DNA of 64,000 nucleotides from NCBI RefSeq assembly GCF_054482595.1, contig NZ_CM137008.1; one strand, 5' to 3'. Shown piece by piece: positions 28,127 to 44,396 of this stretch (position 1 is its first letter; each line of letters starts with the position of its first letter). The notes under the pieces were generated by a model. It saw only the letters and a program-made list of their open reading frames with translations, ran no database searches and was not told where the DNA came from. The position numbers and the translations under genes were made by a program.

Positions 28127-28403
28127 GCGATCTACTGTGGATAACTCTGTCAGGAAGCTTGGATCAACCGGTAGTTATCCAAAGAACAACGGTTGTTCAG
28201 TTTTTGAGTTGTGTATAACCCCTCATTCTGATCCCAGCTTATACGGTCCAGGATCACCGATCATTCACAGTTAATGATCCTTTCCAGGTTGTTGATCTTA
28301 AAAGTCGGATCCTTGTTATCCACAGGGCAGTGCGATCCTAATAAGAGATCACAATAGAACAGATCTCTAAATAAATAGATCTTCTTTTTAATACCCAGGA
28401 TCC
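28127..28403. other. Chromosomal replication origin oriC
   Basis: Reverse complement of the canonical oriC: DnaA boxes tgtggataa at 28136..28144 and ttatccaca at 28328..28336, dense GATC sites, AT-rich 13-mers (gatctctaaataaatagatcttcttttta) and the terminal ggatcc at 28398..28403; located between mioC and mnmG. Confidence 0.92.
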
Positions 28404-28491
28404 CAGGTCTTTCTCAAGCCAACAAAGTTGAGTAGAATCCACGGCCCGGGCTTCAATCCATTTTCATACCGCGTTATGCGAGGCAATCACC

Positions 28492-30381
28492 ATGTTTTAT
28501 CCGGATCCTTTTGACGTCATCATCATTGGCGGGGGTCATGCAGGCACCGAGGCCGCGATGGCTGCGGCGCGTATGGGTCAACAGACTCTGCTTTTGACAC
28601 ACAATATCGACACTCTGGGGCAGATGAGCTGCAACCCGGCGATCGGCGGTATTGGGAAGGGACATCTGGTAAAAGAAGTGGATGCACTCGGCGGTCTGAT
28701 GGCGAAAGCGATCGATCAGGCGGGTATCCAGTTTAGGATACTAAACGCAAGTAAAGGACCGGCTGTTCGCGCTACCCGAGCTCAGGCGGATCGTGTGCTC
28801 TACCGTCAGGCGGTACGTACGGCGCTGGAGAACCAACCGAATCTGATGATCTTCCAGCAGGCGGTTGAAGATCTTATTGTCGAAAACGATCGCGTGGTCG
28901 GTGCTGTTACCCAAATGGGACTGAAGTTCCGTGCCAAAGCCGTTGTGCTCACCGTTGGGACGTTCCTCGACGGTAAAATTCATATCGGTCTGGATAACTA
29001 CAGCGGTGGCCGTGCTGGTGATCCGCCGTCCATTCCGCTTTCTCGCCGTTTGCGTGAACTTCCGCTGCGCGTTGGTCGTCTGAAAACCGGGACACCACCG
29101 CGTATTGATGCTCGAACCATCGACTTTAGCGTGCTTGCGCAACAGCATGGCGATAACCCAATGCCGGTATTCTCGTTTATGGGCAATGCGTCCCAGCATC
29201 CCCAGCAGGTGCCGTGTTATATCACTCATACCAACGAGAAAACCCATGATGTGATCCGCAGTAACCTCGATCGTAGCCCAATGTACGCAGGGGTGATCGA
29301 AGGTGTCGGCCCACGCTACTGCCCGTCGATCGAAGACAAAGTCATGCGCTTCGCCGACAGAAATCAGCATCAGATCTTCCTTGAACCGGAAGGGCTGACC
29401 TCTAACGAAATTTATCCGAACGGTATCTCCACCAGCCTGCCGTTCGATGTGCAGATGCAAATCGTCCGCTCCATGCAGGGGATGGAAAACGCGAAGATCG
29501 TGCGTCCGGGTTATGCCATTGAGTATGACTTCTTCGATCCACGCGACCTGAAACCGACGCTGGAGAGCAAGTTTATCCAGGGGCTGTTCTTTGCTGGTCA
29601 GATTAACGGCACTACCGGTTACGAAGAAGCCGCTGCGCAAGGTTTGCTGGCCGGTCTTAACGCTGCCCGTCTGTCTGCTGACAAAGAAGGTTGGGCTCCG
29701 GCGCGTTCTCAGGCCTATCTCGGCGTACTGGTTGATGACCTGTGCACTTTAGGAACCAAAGAACCGTATCGTATGTTTACTTCGCGCGCAGAATATCGTC
29801 TGATGCTGCGCGAAGATAATGCGGATCTGCGTTTGACTGAAATCGGTCGTGAACTGGGCCTGGTGGATGACGAACGTTGGGCGCGCTTTAACGAGAAACT
29901 TGAGAATATCGAGCGTGAGCGTCAGCGTCTGAAATCGACCTGGGTAACCCCGTCGGCGGAAGCTGCAGCCGAAGTGAATGCTCACCTGACTGCGCCGCTT
30001 TCCCGTGAAGCCAGTGGTGAAGATCTGCTGCGTCGTCCGGAAATGACTTATGAAAAATTAACCACGCTGACGCCGTTTGCCCCTGCGTTGACAGACGAAC
30101 AGGCGGCGGAACAGGTTGAGATTCAGGTTAAATACGAAGGTTATATCGCGCGCCAGCAAGATGAGATCGAAAAGCAGCTGCGTAACGAGAACACCCTGCT
30201 ACCCGCGACACTGGATTACCGCCAGGTATCCGGTCTTTCTAACGAAGTGATCGCCAAACTTAACGATCACAAACCGGCCTCTATCGGCCAGGCTTCACGT
30301 ATTTCTGGCGTCACGCCTGCGGCCATCTCCATTCTGCTGGTGTGGCTGAAAAAACAGGGTATGCTGCGTCGTAGCGCATAA
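28492..30381 (+). CDS. mnmG: tRNA uridine-5-carboxymethylaminomethyl modification enzyme MnmG (GidA)
   Basis: 629-aa [56 protein letters not shown]... with an FAD-binding GGGHAG motif. Confidence 0.95.
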
Positions 30382-30444
30382 CGCATTAAAAATGCCTGGT
30401 AAGCACCCGCTTACCAGGCAACGCATCAAGAACAGGTAATCACC

Positions 30445-31068
30445 GTGCTCAACAAACTCTCCTTACTGCTGAAAGACGCAGGTATTTCGCTTACCGATCA
30501 CCAGAAAAACCAGCTTATTGCCTACGTGAATATGCTGCATAAATGGAACAAAGCGTACAACCTGACTTCGGTCCGCGATCCTAATGAGATGCTGGTACGC
30601 CATATTCTCGATAGCATTGTGGTGGCACCGTATCTGCAAGGTGAACGGTTTATCGATGTCGGCACCGGTCCTGGACTGCCTGGCATTCCACTCTCTATCG
30701 TGCGTCCTGAAGCCCATTTCACTCTGTTGGATAGCCTTGGTAAACGCGTGCGTTTCCTTCGTCAGGTGCAACATGAGCTTAAACTGGAGAATATTGAGCC
30801 AGTACAGAGCAGGGTAGAAGAGTTTCCTTCAGAGCCGCCATTTGATGGCGTAATTAGCCGCGCTTTTGCCTCTCTGAACGATATGGTGAGCTGGTGCCAC
30901 CATCTTCCTGGTGAGCAAGGCCGTTTCTACGCGCTGAAAGGGCAAATGCCGGAAGATGAAATCGCTTTGTTGCCCGAAGAATATCAGGTTGAATCAGTGG
31001 TTAAACTTCAGGTTCCTGCCCTGGATGGCGAACGCCATCTGGTGGTGATTAAAGCAAATAAAATTTAA
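30445..31068 (+). CDS. rsmG: 16S rRNA m7G527 methyltransferase RsmG (GidB)
   Basis: 207-aa ORF with SAM-binding motif [16 protein letters not shown] start. Confidence 0.95.
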
Positions 31069-31565
31069 TTTTTATCAAAAAAATCATAAAAAATTGACCG
31101 GTTAGACTGTTAACAACAACCAGGTTTTCTACTGATATAACTGGTTACATTTAACGCCACGTTCACTCTTTTGCATCAACAAGATAACGTGGCTTTTTTT
31201 GGTAAGCAGAAAATAAGTCATTAGTGAAAATATCAGTCTGCTAAAAATCGGCGCTAAGAACCATCATTGTCTGTTAAAACATTATTAAAAATGTCAATGG
31301 GTGGTTTTTGTTGTGTAAATGTCATTTATTAAAACAGTATCTGTTTTTAGACTGAAATATCATAAACTTGCAAAGGCATCATTTGCCAAGTAAATAAATA
31401 TGCTGTGCGCGAACATGCGCAATATGTGATCTGAAGCACGCTTTATCACCAGTGTTTACGCGTTATTTACAGTTTTTCATGATCAAACAGGGTTAGCAGA
31501 AAAGTCGCAATTGTATGCACTGGAAAAATATTTAAACATTTATTCACCTTTTGGCTACTTATTGT

Positions 31566-31593
31566 TTGAAATCACGGGGGCGCACCGTATAAT
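31566..31593 (+). promoter_or_regulatory. atp operon promoter (-35 TTGAAA, -10 TATAAT)
   Basis: ttgaaa at 31566..31571 and tataat at 31588..31593 with a 16-bp spacer, about 90 bp upstream of atpI. Confidence 0.65.
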
Positions 31594-31684
31594 TTGACCG
31601 CTTTTTGATGCTTGACTCTAAGCCTTAAAGAAAGTTTTATACGACACGCGGCATACCTCGAAGGGAGCAGGAGTGAAAAACGTG

Positions 31685-32889
<1,205 letters not shown>

Positions 32890-32917
32890 TTTACCAACAC
32901 TACTACGTTTTAACTGA

Positions 32918-33192
<275 letters not shown>

Positions 33193-33236
33193 TAAAGAGC
33201 AATATCAGAACGTTAACTAAATAGAGGCATTGTGCT

Positions 33237-33707
33237 GTGAATCTTAACGCAACAATCCTCGGCCAGGCCATCGCGTTTGTCCTGTTCGTTCTGTTCTGCA
33301 TGAAGTACGTATGGCCGCCATTAATGGCAGCCATCGAAAAACGTCAAAAAGAAATTGCTGACGGCCTTGCTTCCGCAGAACGAGCACATAAGGACCTTGA
33401 CCTTGCAAAGGCCAGCGCGACCGACCAGCTGAAAAAAGCGAAAGCGGAAGCCCAGGTAATCATCGAGCAGGCGAACAAACGCCGCTCGCAGATTCTGGAC
33501 GAAGCGAAAGCTGAGGCAGAACAGGAACGTACTAAAATCGTGGCCCAGGCGCAGGCGGAAATTGAAGCCGAGCGTAAACGTGCCCGTGAAGAGCTGCGTA
33601 AGCAAGTTGCTATCCTGGCTGTTGCTGGCGCCGAGAAGATCATCGAACGTTCCGTGGATGAAGCTGCTAACAGCGACATCGTGGATAAACTTGTCGCTGA
33701 ACTGTAA
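33237..33707 (+). CDS. atpF: F0F1 ATP synthase subunit b
   Basis: 156-aa ORF with GTG start, [50 protein letters not shown]... Confidence 0.95.
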
Positions 33708-33721
33708 GGAGGGAGGGGCTG

Positions 33722-34255
33722 ATGTCTGAATTTATTACGGTAGCTCGCCCCTACGCCAAAGCAGCTTTTGACTTTGCCGTCGAACACCAAAGTGTAGAAC
33801 GCTGGCAGGACATGCTGGTGTTTGCCGCCGAGGTAACCAAAAACGAACAAATGGCAGAGCTTCTCTCTGGCGCGCTTGCGCCAGAAACGCTTGCCGAGTC
33901 GTTTATCGCAGTTTGTGGTGAGCAACTGGACGAAAACGGTCAGAACCTTATTCGGGTAATGGCTGAAAATGGTCGTCTTAACGCGCTCCCGGATGTTCTG
34001 GAGCAGTTTATTCACCTTCGTGCCGTGAGTGAGGCTACCGCTGAGGTAGACGTCATTTCCGCTGCCGCACTGAGTGAACAACAGCTCGCGAAAATTTCTG
34101 CTGCGATGGAAAAACGTCTGTCACGCAAAGTTAAGCTGAATTGCAAAATCGATAAGTCTGTAATGGCAGGCGTTATCATCCGAGCGGGTGATATGGTCAT
34201 TGATGGCAGCGTACGCGGTCGTCTTGAGCGCCTTGCAGACGTCTTGCAGTCTTAA
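33722..34255 (+). CDS. atpH: F0F1 ATP synthase subunit delta
   Basis: 177-aa [41 protein letters not shown]... Confidence 0.95.
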   Translation: MSEFITVARPYAKAAFDFAVEHQSVERWQDMLVFAAEVTKNEQMAELLSGALAPETLAESFIAVCGEQLDENGQNLIRVMAENGRLNALPDVLEQFIHLRAVSEATAEVDVISAAALSEQQLAKISAAMEKRLSRKVKLNCKIDKSVMAGVIIRAGDMVIDGSVRGRLERLADVLQS

Positions 34256-34267
34256 GGGGACTGGAGC

Positions 34268-35809
34268 ATGCAACTGAATTCCACCGAAATCAGCGAACTG
34301 ATCAAGCAGCGCATTGCTCAGTTCAATGTTGTGAGTGAAGCTCACAACGAAGGTACTATTGTTTCTGTAAGTGACGGTGTTATCCGCATTCACGGCCTGG
34401 CCGATTGTATGCAGGGTGAAATGATCTCCCTGCCGGGTAACCGTTACGCTATCGCACTGAACCTCGAGCGCGACTCTGTAGGTGCGGTTGTTATGGGTCC
34501 GTACGCTGACCTTGCCGAAGGCATGAAAGTTAAGTGTACTGGCCGTATCCTGGAAGTTCCGGTTGGCCGTGGCCTGCTGGGCCGTGTGGTTAATACTCTG
34601 GGTGCACCAATCGACGGTAAAGGTCCGCTGGATCACGACGGCTTCTCTGCTGTAGAAGCAATCGCTCCGGGCGTTATCGAACGTCAGTCCGTAGATCAGC
34701 CGGTACAGACCGGTTATAAAGCCGTTGACTCCATGATCCCAATCGGTCGTGGTCAGCGTGAATTGATCATCGGTGACCGTCAGACCGGTAAAACCGCACT
34801 GGCTATCGATGCCATCATCAACCAGCGCGATTCCGGTATCAAATGTATCTATGTCGCTATCGGCCAGAAAGCGTCCACCATTTCTAACGTGGTACGTAAA
34901 CTGGAAGAGCACGGCGCACTGGCTAACACCATCGTTGTGGTAGCAACCGCGTCTGAATCCGCTGCACTGCAATACCTGGCACCGTATGCCGGTTGCGCAA
35001 TGGGCGAATACTTCCGTGACCGCGGTGAAGATGCGCTGATCATTTACGATGACCTGTCTAAACAGGCTGTTGCTTACCGTCAGATCTCCCTGCTGCTCCG
35101 TCGTCCGCCAGGACGTGAAGCATTCCCGGGCGACGTATTCTACCTCCACTCTCGTCTGCTGGAGCGTGCTGCGCGTGTTAACGCCGAATACGTTGAAGCC
35201 TTCACCAAAGGTGAAGTGAAAGGGAAAACCGGTTCTCTGACCGCACTGCCGATTATCGAAACTCAGGCGGGTGACGTTTCTGCGTTCGTTCCGACCAACG
35301 TAATCTCCATTACCGATGGTCAGATCTTCCTGGAAACCAACCTGTTCAACGCCGGTATTCGTCCTGCGGTTAACCCGGGTATTTCCGTATCCCGTGTTGG
35401 TGGTGCAGCACAGACCAAGATCATGAAAAAACTGTCCGGTGGTATCCGTACCGCTCTGGCACAGTATCGTGAACTGGCAGCGTTCTCTCAGTTTGCATCC
35501 GACCTTGACGATGCAACACGTAAGCAACTTGACCACGGTCAGAAAGTGACCGAACTGCTGAAACAGAAACAGTATGCGCCGATGTCCGTAGCGCAACAGT
35601 CTCTGGTTCTGTTCGCAGCAGAACGTGGTTACCTGGCGGATGTTGAACTGTCGAAAATCGGCAGCTTCGAAGCCGCTCTGCTGGCTTACGTCGACCGTGA
35701 TCACGCTCCGTTGATGCAAGAGATCAACCAGACCGGTGGCTACAACGACGAAATCGAAGGCAAGCTGAAAGGCATCCTCGATTCCTTCAAAGCAACCCAA
35801 TCCTGGTAA
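34268..35809 (+). CDS. atpA: F0F1 ATP synthase subunit alpha
   Basis: 513-aa ORF with Walker [10 protein letters not shown]. Confidence 0.96.
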
Positions 35810-35859
35810 CGTCTGGCGGCTTGCCTTAGGGCAGGCCGCAAGGCATTGAGGAGAAGCTC

Positions 35860-38132
<2,273 letters not shown>

Positions 38133-38152
38133 CGCCTTAATCGGAGGGTGAT

Positions 38153-38572
38153 ATGGCAATGACTTACCACCTGGACGTCGTCAGCGCAGAGCAACAAATG
38201 TTCTCTGGTCTGGTCGAGAAAATCCAGGTAACGGGTAGCGAAGGTGAACTGGGGATCTACCCTGGCCACGCACCGCTGCTCACCGCCATTAAGCCTGGTA
38301 TGATTCGCATCGTGAAACAGCACGGTCACGAAGAGTTTATCTATCTGTCTGGCGGCATTCTTGAAGTGCAGCCTGGCAACGTGACCGTTCTGGCCGACAC
38401 CGCAATTCGCGGCCAGGATCTCGACGAAGCGCGAGCCATGGAAGCGAAACGTAAGGCTGAAGAGCACATTAGCAGCTCTCACGGCGACGTAGATTACGCT
38501 CAGGCGTCTGCGGAACTGGCCAAAGCGATCGCGCAGCTGCGCGTTATCGAGTTGACCAAAAAAGCGATGTAA
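38153..38572 (+). CDS. atpC: F0F1 ATP synthase subunit epsilon
   Basis: 139-aa [56 protein letters not shown]... Confidence 0.95.
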
Positions 38573-38592
38573 CACCGGCTTGAAAAGCACAA

Positions 38593-38628
38593 AAGCCAGT
38601 CTGGAAACAGGCTGGCTTTTTTTTACGC
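38593..38628 (+). terminator. atp operon terminator
   Basis: aaagccagtctggaaacaggctggcttttttttacg: hairpin plus T-run immediately after atpC. Confidence 0.7.
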
Positions 38629-38922
38629 GTGATCCGTCCTGAAGAGCGTTCACATAGATCCTGCTGATATAAAACACCCCTGTTTTCCCGTTTATTCATT
38701 GATCGAAATAAGAGCAAAAACATCCACCTGACGCTTAAATGAAGGTACTGCCTTAATTTTCTGCAGACAAAAGGCGTGACGATGGTCGAAAATGGCACTT
38801 TCGTCAGCGGGGATAATCCGTTATTGAACAATTTATCCTCTGTCCATTTCACGATGAAAAAAATGTAGTTTTTTCAAGGTGAAGCGGTTTAAATTCGTTC
38901 TCAAATTACAGTCAGGACGCGT

Positions 38923-40293
38923 ATGTTGAATAATGCTATGAGCGTAGTGATCCTTGCCGCAGGCAAAGGCACGCGCATGTATTCCGATCTTCCGAAAGTG
39001 CTGCATACCCTTGCCGGGAAAGCGATGGTTCAGCATGTCATTGATGCTGCGAATGAATTAGGCGCAGCGCACGTTCACCTGGTGTACGGTCACGGCGGCG
39101 ATCTGCTTAAACAGGCGCTGAAAGACGACAACCTTAACTGGGTGCTTCAGGCAGAGCAGCTGGGTACGGGTCATGCAATGCAGCAGGCCGCACCTTTCTT
39201 TGCCGATGATGAAGACATTTTAATGCTCTACGGCGACGTGCCGCTGATCTCTGTCGAAACACTCCAGCGCCTGCGTGATGCTAAACCGCAGGGTGGCATT
39301 GGTCTGCTGACGGTGAAACTGGATGATCCGACCGGTTATGGACGTATCACCCGTGAAAATGGCAAAGTTACCGGCATTGTTGAGCACAAAGATGCCACCG
39401 ACGAGCAGCGTCAGATTCAGGAGATCAACACCGGCATTCTGATCGCTAACGGCGCAGATATGAAACGCTGGCTGGCGAAGCTGACCAACAATAACGCTCA
39501 GGGTGAATACTACATCACCGACATTATTGCGCTGGCGTATCAGGAAGGGCGTGAAATCGTCGCCGTTCATCCGCAACGTTTAAGCGAAGTAGAAGGCGTG
39601 AATAACCGCCTGCAACTCTCCCGTCTGGAGCGTGTTTATCAGTCCGAACAGGCTGAAAAACTGCTGTTAGCAGGCGTTATGCTGCGCGATCCGGCGCGTT
39701 TTGATCTGCGTGGTACGCTTACTCACGGGCGCGATGTTGAAATTGATACTAACGTTATCATCGAGGGCAACGTGACTCTCGGTCATCGCGTGAAAATCGG
39801 CACCGGTTGCGTGATTAAAAACAGCGTGATTGGCGATGATTGCGAAATTAGCCCATATACCGTCGTGGAAGACGCGAATCTGGCGGCGGCCTGTACCATT
39901 GGCCCGTTTGCCCGTTTGCGTCCTGGTGCTGAGTTGCAGGAAGGTGCACACGTCGGTAACTTTGTTGAGATGAAAAAAGCGCGTCTGGGTAAAGGCTCGA
40001 AAGCTGGTCATCTGACTTACCTGGGCGATGCGGAAATTGGCGATAACGTTAACATCGGCGCGGGAACCATTACCTGCAACTACGATGGTGCGAATAAATT
40101 TAAGACCATTATCGGCGACGATGTGTTTGTCGGTTCCGACACTCAGCTGGTGGCCCCGGTAACAGTAGGCAAAGGCGCGACCATTGCTGCGGGTACAACT
40201 GTGACGCGTAATGTCGGCGAAAATGCATTAGCTATCAGCCGTGTGCCGCAGACTCAGAAAGAAGGCTGGCGTCGTCCGGTAAAGAAAAAGTGA
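38923..40293 (+). CDS. glmU: Bifunctional GlcNAc-1-P uridyltransferase / GlcN-1-P acetyltransferase
   Basis: 456-aa [36 protein letters not shown]... with C-terminal left-handed beta-helix hexapeptide repeats. Confidence 0.95.
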   Translation: MLNNAMSVVILAAGKGTRMYSDLPKVLHTLAGKAMVQHVIDAANELGAAHVHLVYGHGGDLLKQALKDDNLNWVLQAEQLGTGHAMQQAAPFFADDEDILMLYGDVPLISVETLQRLRDAKPQGGIGLLTVKLDDPTGYGRITRENGKVTGIVEHKDATDEQRQIQEINTGILIANGADMKRWLAKLTNNNAQGEYYITDIIALAYQEGREIVAVHPQRLSEVEGVNNRLQLSRLERVYQSEQAEKLLLAGVMLRDPARFDLRGTLTHGRDVEIDTNVIIEGNVTLGHRVKIGTGCVIKNSVIGDDCEISPYTVVEDANLAAACTIGPFARLRPGAELQEGAHVGNFVEMKKARLGKGSKAGHLTYLGDAEIGDNVNIGAGTITCNYDGANKFKTIIGDDVFVGSDTQLVAPVTVGKGATIAAGTTVTRNVGENALAISRVPQTQKEGWRRPVKKK

Positions 40294-40454
40294 TTCTGGC
40301 CGGGTAATCCGGTCACATGGGATGAGGAGATAACATAATCTCCCTCCCACAAGCAGTAACTATAAAAATAACCCCACTCTCTACAAGGCTCGGGGCGCCC
40401 GAAAAAACGGGCATACAGGTTGACCGACAACGATATAAATCGGAATCAAAAACT

Positions 40455-42284
40455 ATGTGTGGAATTGTTGGCGCGATCGCGCAACGTGATGTAGCAGAAA
40501 TCCTTCTTGAAGGTTTACGTCGTCTGGAATACCGCGGATATGACTCTGCCGGTCTGGCCGTTGTTGATGCGGAAGGTCATATGACCCGCCTGCGTCGCCT
40601 CGGTAAAGTCCAGATGCTGGCTCAGGCAGCGGAAGAACATCCTCTGCATGGCGGCACCGGTATTGCTCACACTCGCTGGGCGACCCATGGTGAACCTTCA
40701 GAAGTTAACGCGCATCCGCATGTTTCTGAACACATTGTGGTGGTGCATAACGGCATCATCGAAAACCATGAACCGCTGCGTGAAGAGTTAAAAGCGCGTG
40801 GCTATACCTTCGTTTCTGAAACCGACACCGAAGTGATTGCCCATCTGGTGAACTGGGAGCTGAAACAGGGCGGTACTCTGCGTGAGGCTGTTCTGCGTGC
40901 TATCCCGCAACTGCGTGGTGCGTACGGTACAGTGATCATGGACTCCCGTCACCCGGATACCCTGCTGGCAGCACGTTCTGGTAGTCCGCTGGTGATTGGT
41001 CTGGGTATGGGCGAAAACTTTATCGCTTCTGACCAGCTGGCGCTGCTGCCGGTGACCCGTCGCTTTATCTTCCTTGAAGAGGGCGATATTGCGGAAATTA
41101 CTCGCCGTTCGGTAAACATCTTCGATAAAACTGGCGCGGAAGTAAAACGTCAGGATATCGAATCCAATCTGCAATATGACGCGGGCGATAAAGGTATTTA
41201 CCGTCACTACATGCAGAAAGAGATCTACGAACAGCCGAACGCGATCAAAAACACCCTTACCGGGCGCATCAGCCACGGTCAGGTTGATTTAAGCGAGCTG
41301 GGACCGAACGCCGACGAACTGCTGTCGAAGGTTGAGCATATTCAGATCCTCGCCTGTGGTACTTCTTATAACTCCGGTATGGTTTCCCGTTACTGGTTTG
41401 AATCGCTGGCAGGTATTCCGTGCGACGTCGAAATCGCCTCTGAATTCCGCTATCGCAAATCTGCCGTGCGTCATAACAGCCTGATGATCACCTTGTCACA
41501 GTCTGGCGAAACCGCAGATACCCTGGCGGGCCTGCGTCTGTCGAAAGAGCTGGGTTACCTTGGTTCACTGGCAATCTGTAACGTTCCGGGTTCTTCTCTG
41601 GTGCGCGAATCCGATCTGGCGCTAATGACCAACGCGGGTACAGAAATCGGCGTGGCATCCACTAAAGCATTCACCACCCAGTTAACTGTGCTGTTGATGC
41701 TGGTGGCGAAGCTGTCTCGCCTGAAAGGTCTGGATGCCTCCATTGAACATGACATTGTGCATGGTCTGCAGGCGCTGCCGAGCCGTATTGAGCAGATGCT
41801 GTCTCAGGACAAACGCATTGAAGCTCTGGCAGAAGATTTCTCTGACAAACATCACGCGCTGTTCCTGGGCCGTGGCGATCAGTACCCAATCGCGCTGGAA
41901 GGCGCATTGAAGCTGAAAGAGATCTCTTACATTCACGCTGAAGCCTACGCTGCAGGTGAACTGAAACACGGTCCGCTGGCGCTGATTGACGCGGATATGC
42001 CGGTTATCGTTGTTGCGCCGAACAACGAATTGCTGGAAAAACTGAAATCCAACATTGAAGAAGTTCGCGCGCGTGGCGGCCAATTGTATGTCTTCGCCGA
42101 TCAGGATGCGGGTTTTGTAAGTAGCGATAACATGCACATCATCGAGATGCCGCATGTGGAAGAGGTGATTGCACCGATCTTCTACACCGTTCCGCTGCAG
42201 TTACTGGCTTATCACGTCGCGCTGATCAAAGGCACCGACGTTGACCAGCCGCGTAACCTGGCAAAATCGGTAACGGTTGAGTAA
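40455..42284 (+). CDS. glmS: Glutamine--fructose-6-phosphate aminotransferase
   Basis: 609-aa [41 protein letters not shown]... ending ...AKSVTVE. Confidence 0.96.
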   Translation: MCGIVGAIAQRDVAEILLEGLRRLEYRGYDSAGLAVVDAEGHMTRLRRLGKVQMLAQAAEEHPLHGGTGIAHTRWATHGEPSEVNAHPHVSEHIVVVHNGIIENHEPLREELKARGYTFVSETDTEVIAHLVNWELKQGGTLREAVLRAIPQLRGAYGTVIMDSRHPDTLLAARSGSPLVIGLGMGENFIASDQLALLPVTRRFIFLEEGDIAEITRRSVNIFDKTGAEVKRQDIESNLQYDAGDKGIYRHYMQKEIYEQPNAIKNTLTGRISHGQVDLSELGPNADELLSKVEHIQILACGTSYNSGMVSRYWFESLAGIPCDVEIASEFRYRKSAVRHNSLMITLSQSGETADTLAGLRLSKELGYLGSLAICNVPGSSLVRESDLALMTNAGTEIGVASTKAFTTQLTVLLMLVAKLSRLKGLDASIEHDIVHGLQALPSRIEQMLSQDKRIEALAEDFSDKHHALFLGRGDQYPIALEGALKLKEISYIHAEAYAAGELKHGPLALIDADMPVIVVAPNNELLEKLKSNIEEVRARGGQLYVFADQDAGFVSSDNMHIIEMPHVEEVIAPIFYTVPLQLLAYHVALIKGTDVDQPRNLAKSVTVE

Positions 42285-42304
42285 TATTATTCATTTGCTG
42301 AACG

Positions 42305-42330
42305 AAGGGCTGCCTTTTGGCGGCCCTTTT
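42305..42330 (+). terminator. glmS terminator hairpin (attTn7 neighbourhood)
   Basis: agggctgccttttggcggccctttt located 20 to 45 bp after the glmS stop. Confidence 0.55.
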
Positions 42331-42983
42331 ACTTACCAGCATTAATAATCTAACCTCATTCCATATAATTAACTTCAGCTATTATTTGGGGCACCGTTGA
42401 ACACTTGTTTTAACCGTAGTAGTAATTAAATACCTCGAATCATTGACAAACAATTGCCATAATTGACGTACTTTGTAATGAATAGCACGTTTTGTTCATT
42501 CAAGAATCGCTTGTAAAACAATCATCAATATGTAATTTTATTTAACTATGTAACAATGTGTGATAATAAATTATCACTGTAAATATATAGTCTTTCCACA
42601 AATATAGGCAAAAAATATAATTTGAATGTGTGGTTTACTAAAAATAAGACTGTTTTCTACGCAAATTCATAGTTGTGGATTATGTAAATATGAAAAAATT
42701 GTCTGCTTTGAGATGTGTGATATAATTAAAAAATCACCTCATCATAAAAATAATATTTATATCCATTTATTATTCCCTCTTCTTTTAAGCAATCACATAA
42801 CGATATAAATTTAGTTTTGCTTAACACCCAATTTAATTTATCTAAATGTATAAAATAAAAACCACTTGCGCCAAAGTATATTGGTAGTACTATTTGGTTT
42901 CTGATCAAATACCGATCAGGTTTATCCAAATTTAATAAATGGATAACACACAGGAATAATATCAAATTAATGGAGTTATATTT

Positions 42984-43586
42984 ATGAAACCAAATATGAT
43001 TGTAGGAGCATTAGCGTTAACTTCTGTGTTTATGGCAGGTCACCTACAGGCGGCTGATGGAACAGTCCATTTCCGTGGTGAAATTATTGACAGTACTTGC
43101 GAAGTCACTCCTGAAACTAAAGATCAGGTCGTTGACTTAGGCAAAGTAAACCGTACAGCCTTTAGTGGCGTCGATGATGTGGCTGCCCCGACGGCTTTTT
43201 CTATCGATCTGACTCAATGCCCGGAAACCTTTAAGTCCGCCGCAATTCGTTTCGATGGTAATGAAGATGCTCATGGTAATGGCAACCTGGCAATCGGTAC
43301 CCCGCTTGATAACTCTAACGATGCTGCCGCTGGTATTAGCCCGAGTGATAACAGTGGGGATTATACTGGTGCGGGTGCCGTTAGTGCAGCGAAAGGCGTA
43401 GCTATTCGTTTATATAACCGTGCAGATAACACTCAGGTCAAGTTATATGAAAATTCTGCATCAACTCCGATTTCTAATGGTAATGCATCCATGAAGTTCA
43501 TGGCTCGTTATATTGCTACGGAAACGACTATTGACCCTGGTACAGCTAACGCCGACTCGCAGTTTACAGTTGAATATATAAAATAA
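42984..43586 (+). CDS. Fimbrial major subunit (type 1 / long-polar-fimbria-like pilin)
   Basis: 200-aa ORF with signal peptide MKPNMIVGALALTSVFMAGHLQAADGTVHFRGEIIDSTCEV... and the C-terminal donor-strand-like motif typical of chaperone-usher pilins; GGAG 7 nt upstream of the ATG. Confidence 0.85.
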   Translation: MKPNMIVGALALTSVFMAGHLQAADGTVHFRGEIIDSTCEVTPETKDQVVDLGKVNRTAFSGVDDVAAPTAFSIDLTQCPETFKSAAIRFDGNEDAHGNGNLAIGTPLDNSNDAAAGISPSDNSGDYTGAGAVSAAKGVAIRLYNRADNTQVKLYENSASTPISNGNASMKFMARYIATETTIDPGTANADSQFTVEYIK

Positions 43587-43688
43587 ATCATTCTTAACAT
43601 AATACCTTAAATAAAATGGCGCTCGCCATTATGGTTCTCTTTTACTTAAAAGAAGGGCGTCATTATTATATTTTTATGAGATACATTT

Positions 43689-44375
43689 ATGCCTATGTAT
43701 TTACTTAGATTGTTTTTTGCTGTTACTTTGATTACGCAGATGTCGATGGCTATGGCTGGTATTGTTGTTGGGGGAACTCGCGTTATTTTTTATGGTGACA
43801 AACCTGATACTACAATCTCTATTTTTAATAAAGAAACGAACCTTCCTTATCTATTGCAGACATGGGTTGATCCATTTAATAAAGAGGATAAAAGCAAACC
43901 GCCATTTTCTGTGATACCTCCCGTTTCTCGCATTGAACCGCAGCAAGAGAAAATATTACGCATTTTAAAAACGGCTGGCGAGTTACCAAAAGATCGAGAG
44001 TCCGTATTCTGGTTGAACGTGAAAAACATCCCTCCTTCAATTGATAAAAAAAATACCAATGTTCTTGAGATAGCCATAAAAACAAGAATTAAGTTATTCT
44101 GGCGACCAGCCGCGGTAAAGATAATCCCTGAGCAGGCTATTAAAAATGTTAAATGGTCGCGGCAGGGTAATAATCTCATCGTCGAAAATCCAAATCCGAT
44201 CCATATTAATGTAATGAGTGTGACGGTGGACGATAAAGACGTGTCGCTAAATATGATCCGCCCTTTTGAAACATTGACATTACCAATTCCGGCTGGCGTG
44301 GCAGGAAAATCGCTCGTTTGGCGCTTTATTAATGATTACGGTGCAATTAGTCAACCACTAAAGAAAAACCTTTAA
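43689..44375 (+). CDS. Periplasmic fimbrial chaperone (PapD-like)
   Basis: 228-aa ORF with signal peptide and PapD-fold-like motifs (GGTRVIFYGDK...LLQTWVD...FWLNVKNIPP). Confidence 0.85.
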   Translation: MPMYLLRLFFAVTLITQMSMAMAGIVVGGTRVIFYGDKPDTTISIFNKETNLPYLLQTWVDPFNKEDKSKPPFSVIPPVSRIEPQQEKILRILKTAGELPKDRESVFWLNVKNIPPSIDKKNTNVLEIAIKTRIKLFWRPAAVKIIPEQAIKNVKWSRQGNNLIVENPNPIHINVMSVTVDDKDVSLNMIRPFETLTLPIPAGVAGKSLVWRFINDYGAISQPLKKNL

Positions 44376-44396
44376 GCGCCGGATAAGGATATATCG

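Noticed and set aside
34121-35800. 559-aa ORF antisense to atpA, and similar long antisense ORFs opposite pstB (52464..53243), pstC (50615..51331), atpF/atpH (33344..34081) and glmS (40788..41276)
   Set aside because: They lie entirely within highly conserved coding genes on the opposite strand, have no ribosome-binding sites, and have the composition typical of open antisense frames in GC-rich genes. They are taken as spurious.
42285-42400. Possible Tn7 insertion at attTn7 downstream of glmS
   Set aside because: No Tn7 end sequences (terminal repeats with TnsB-binding motifs) and no tns genes are present. The downstream insertion is a fimbrial operon without mobility genes.
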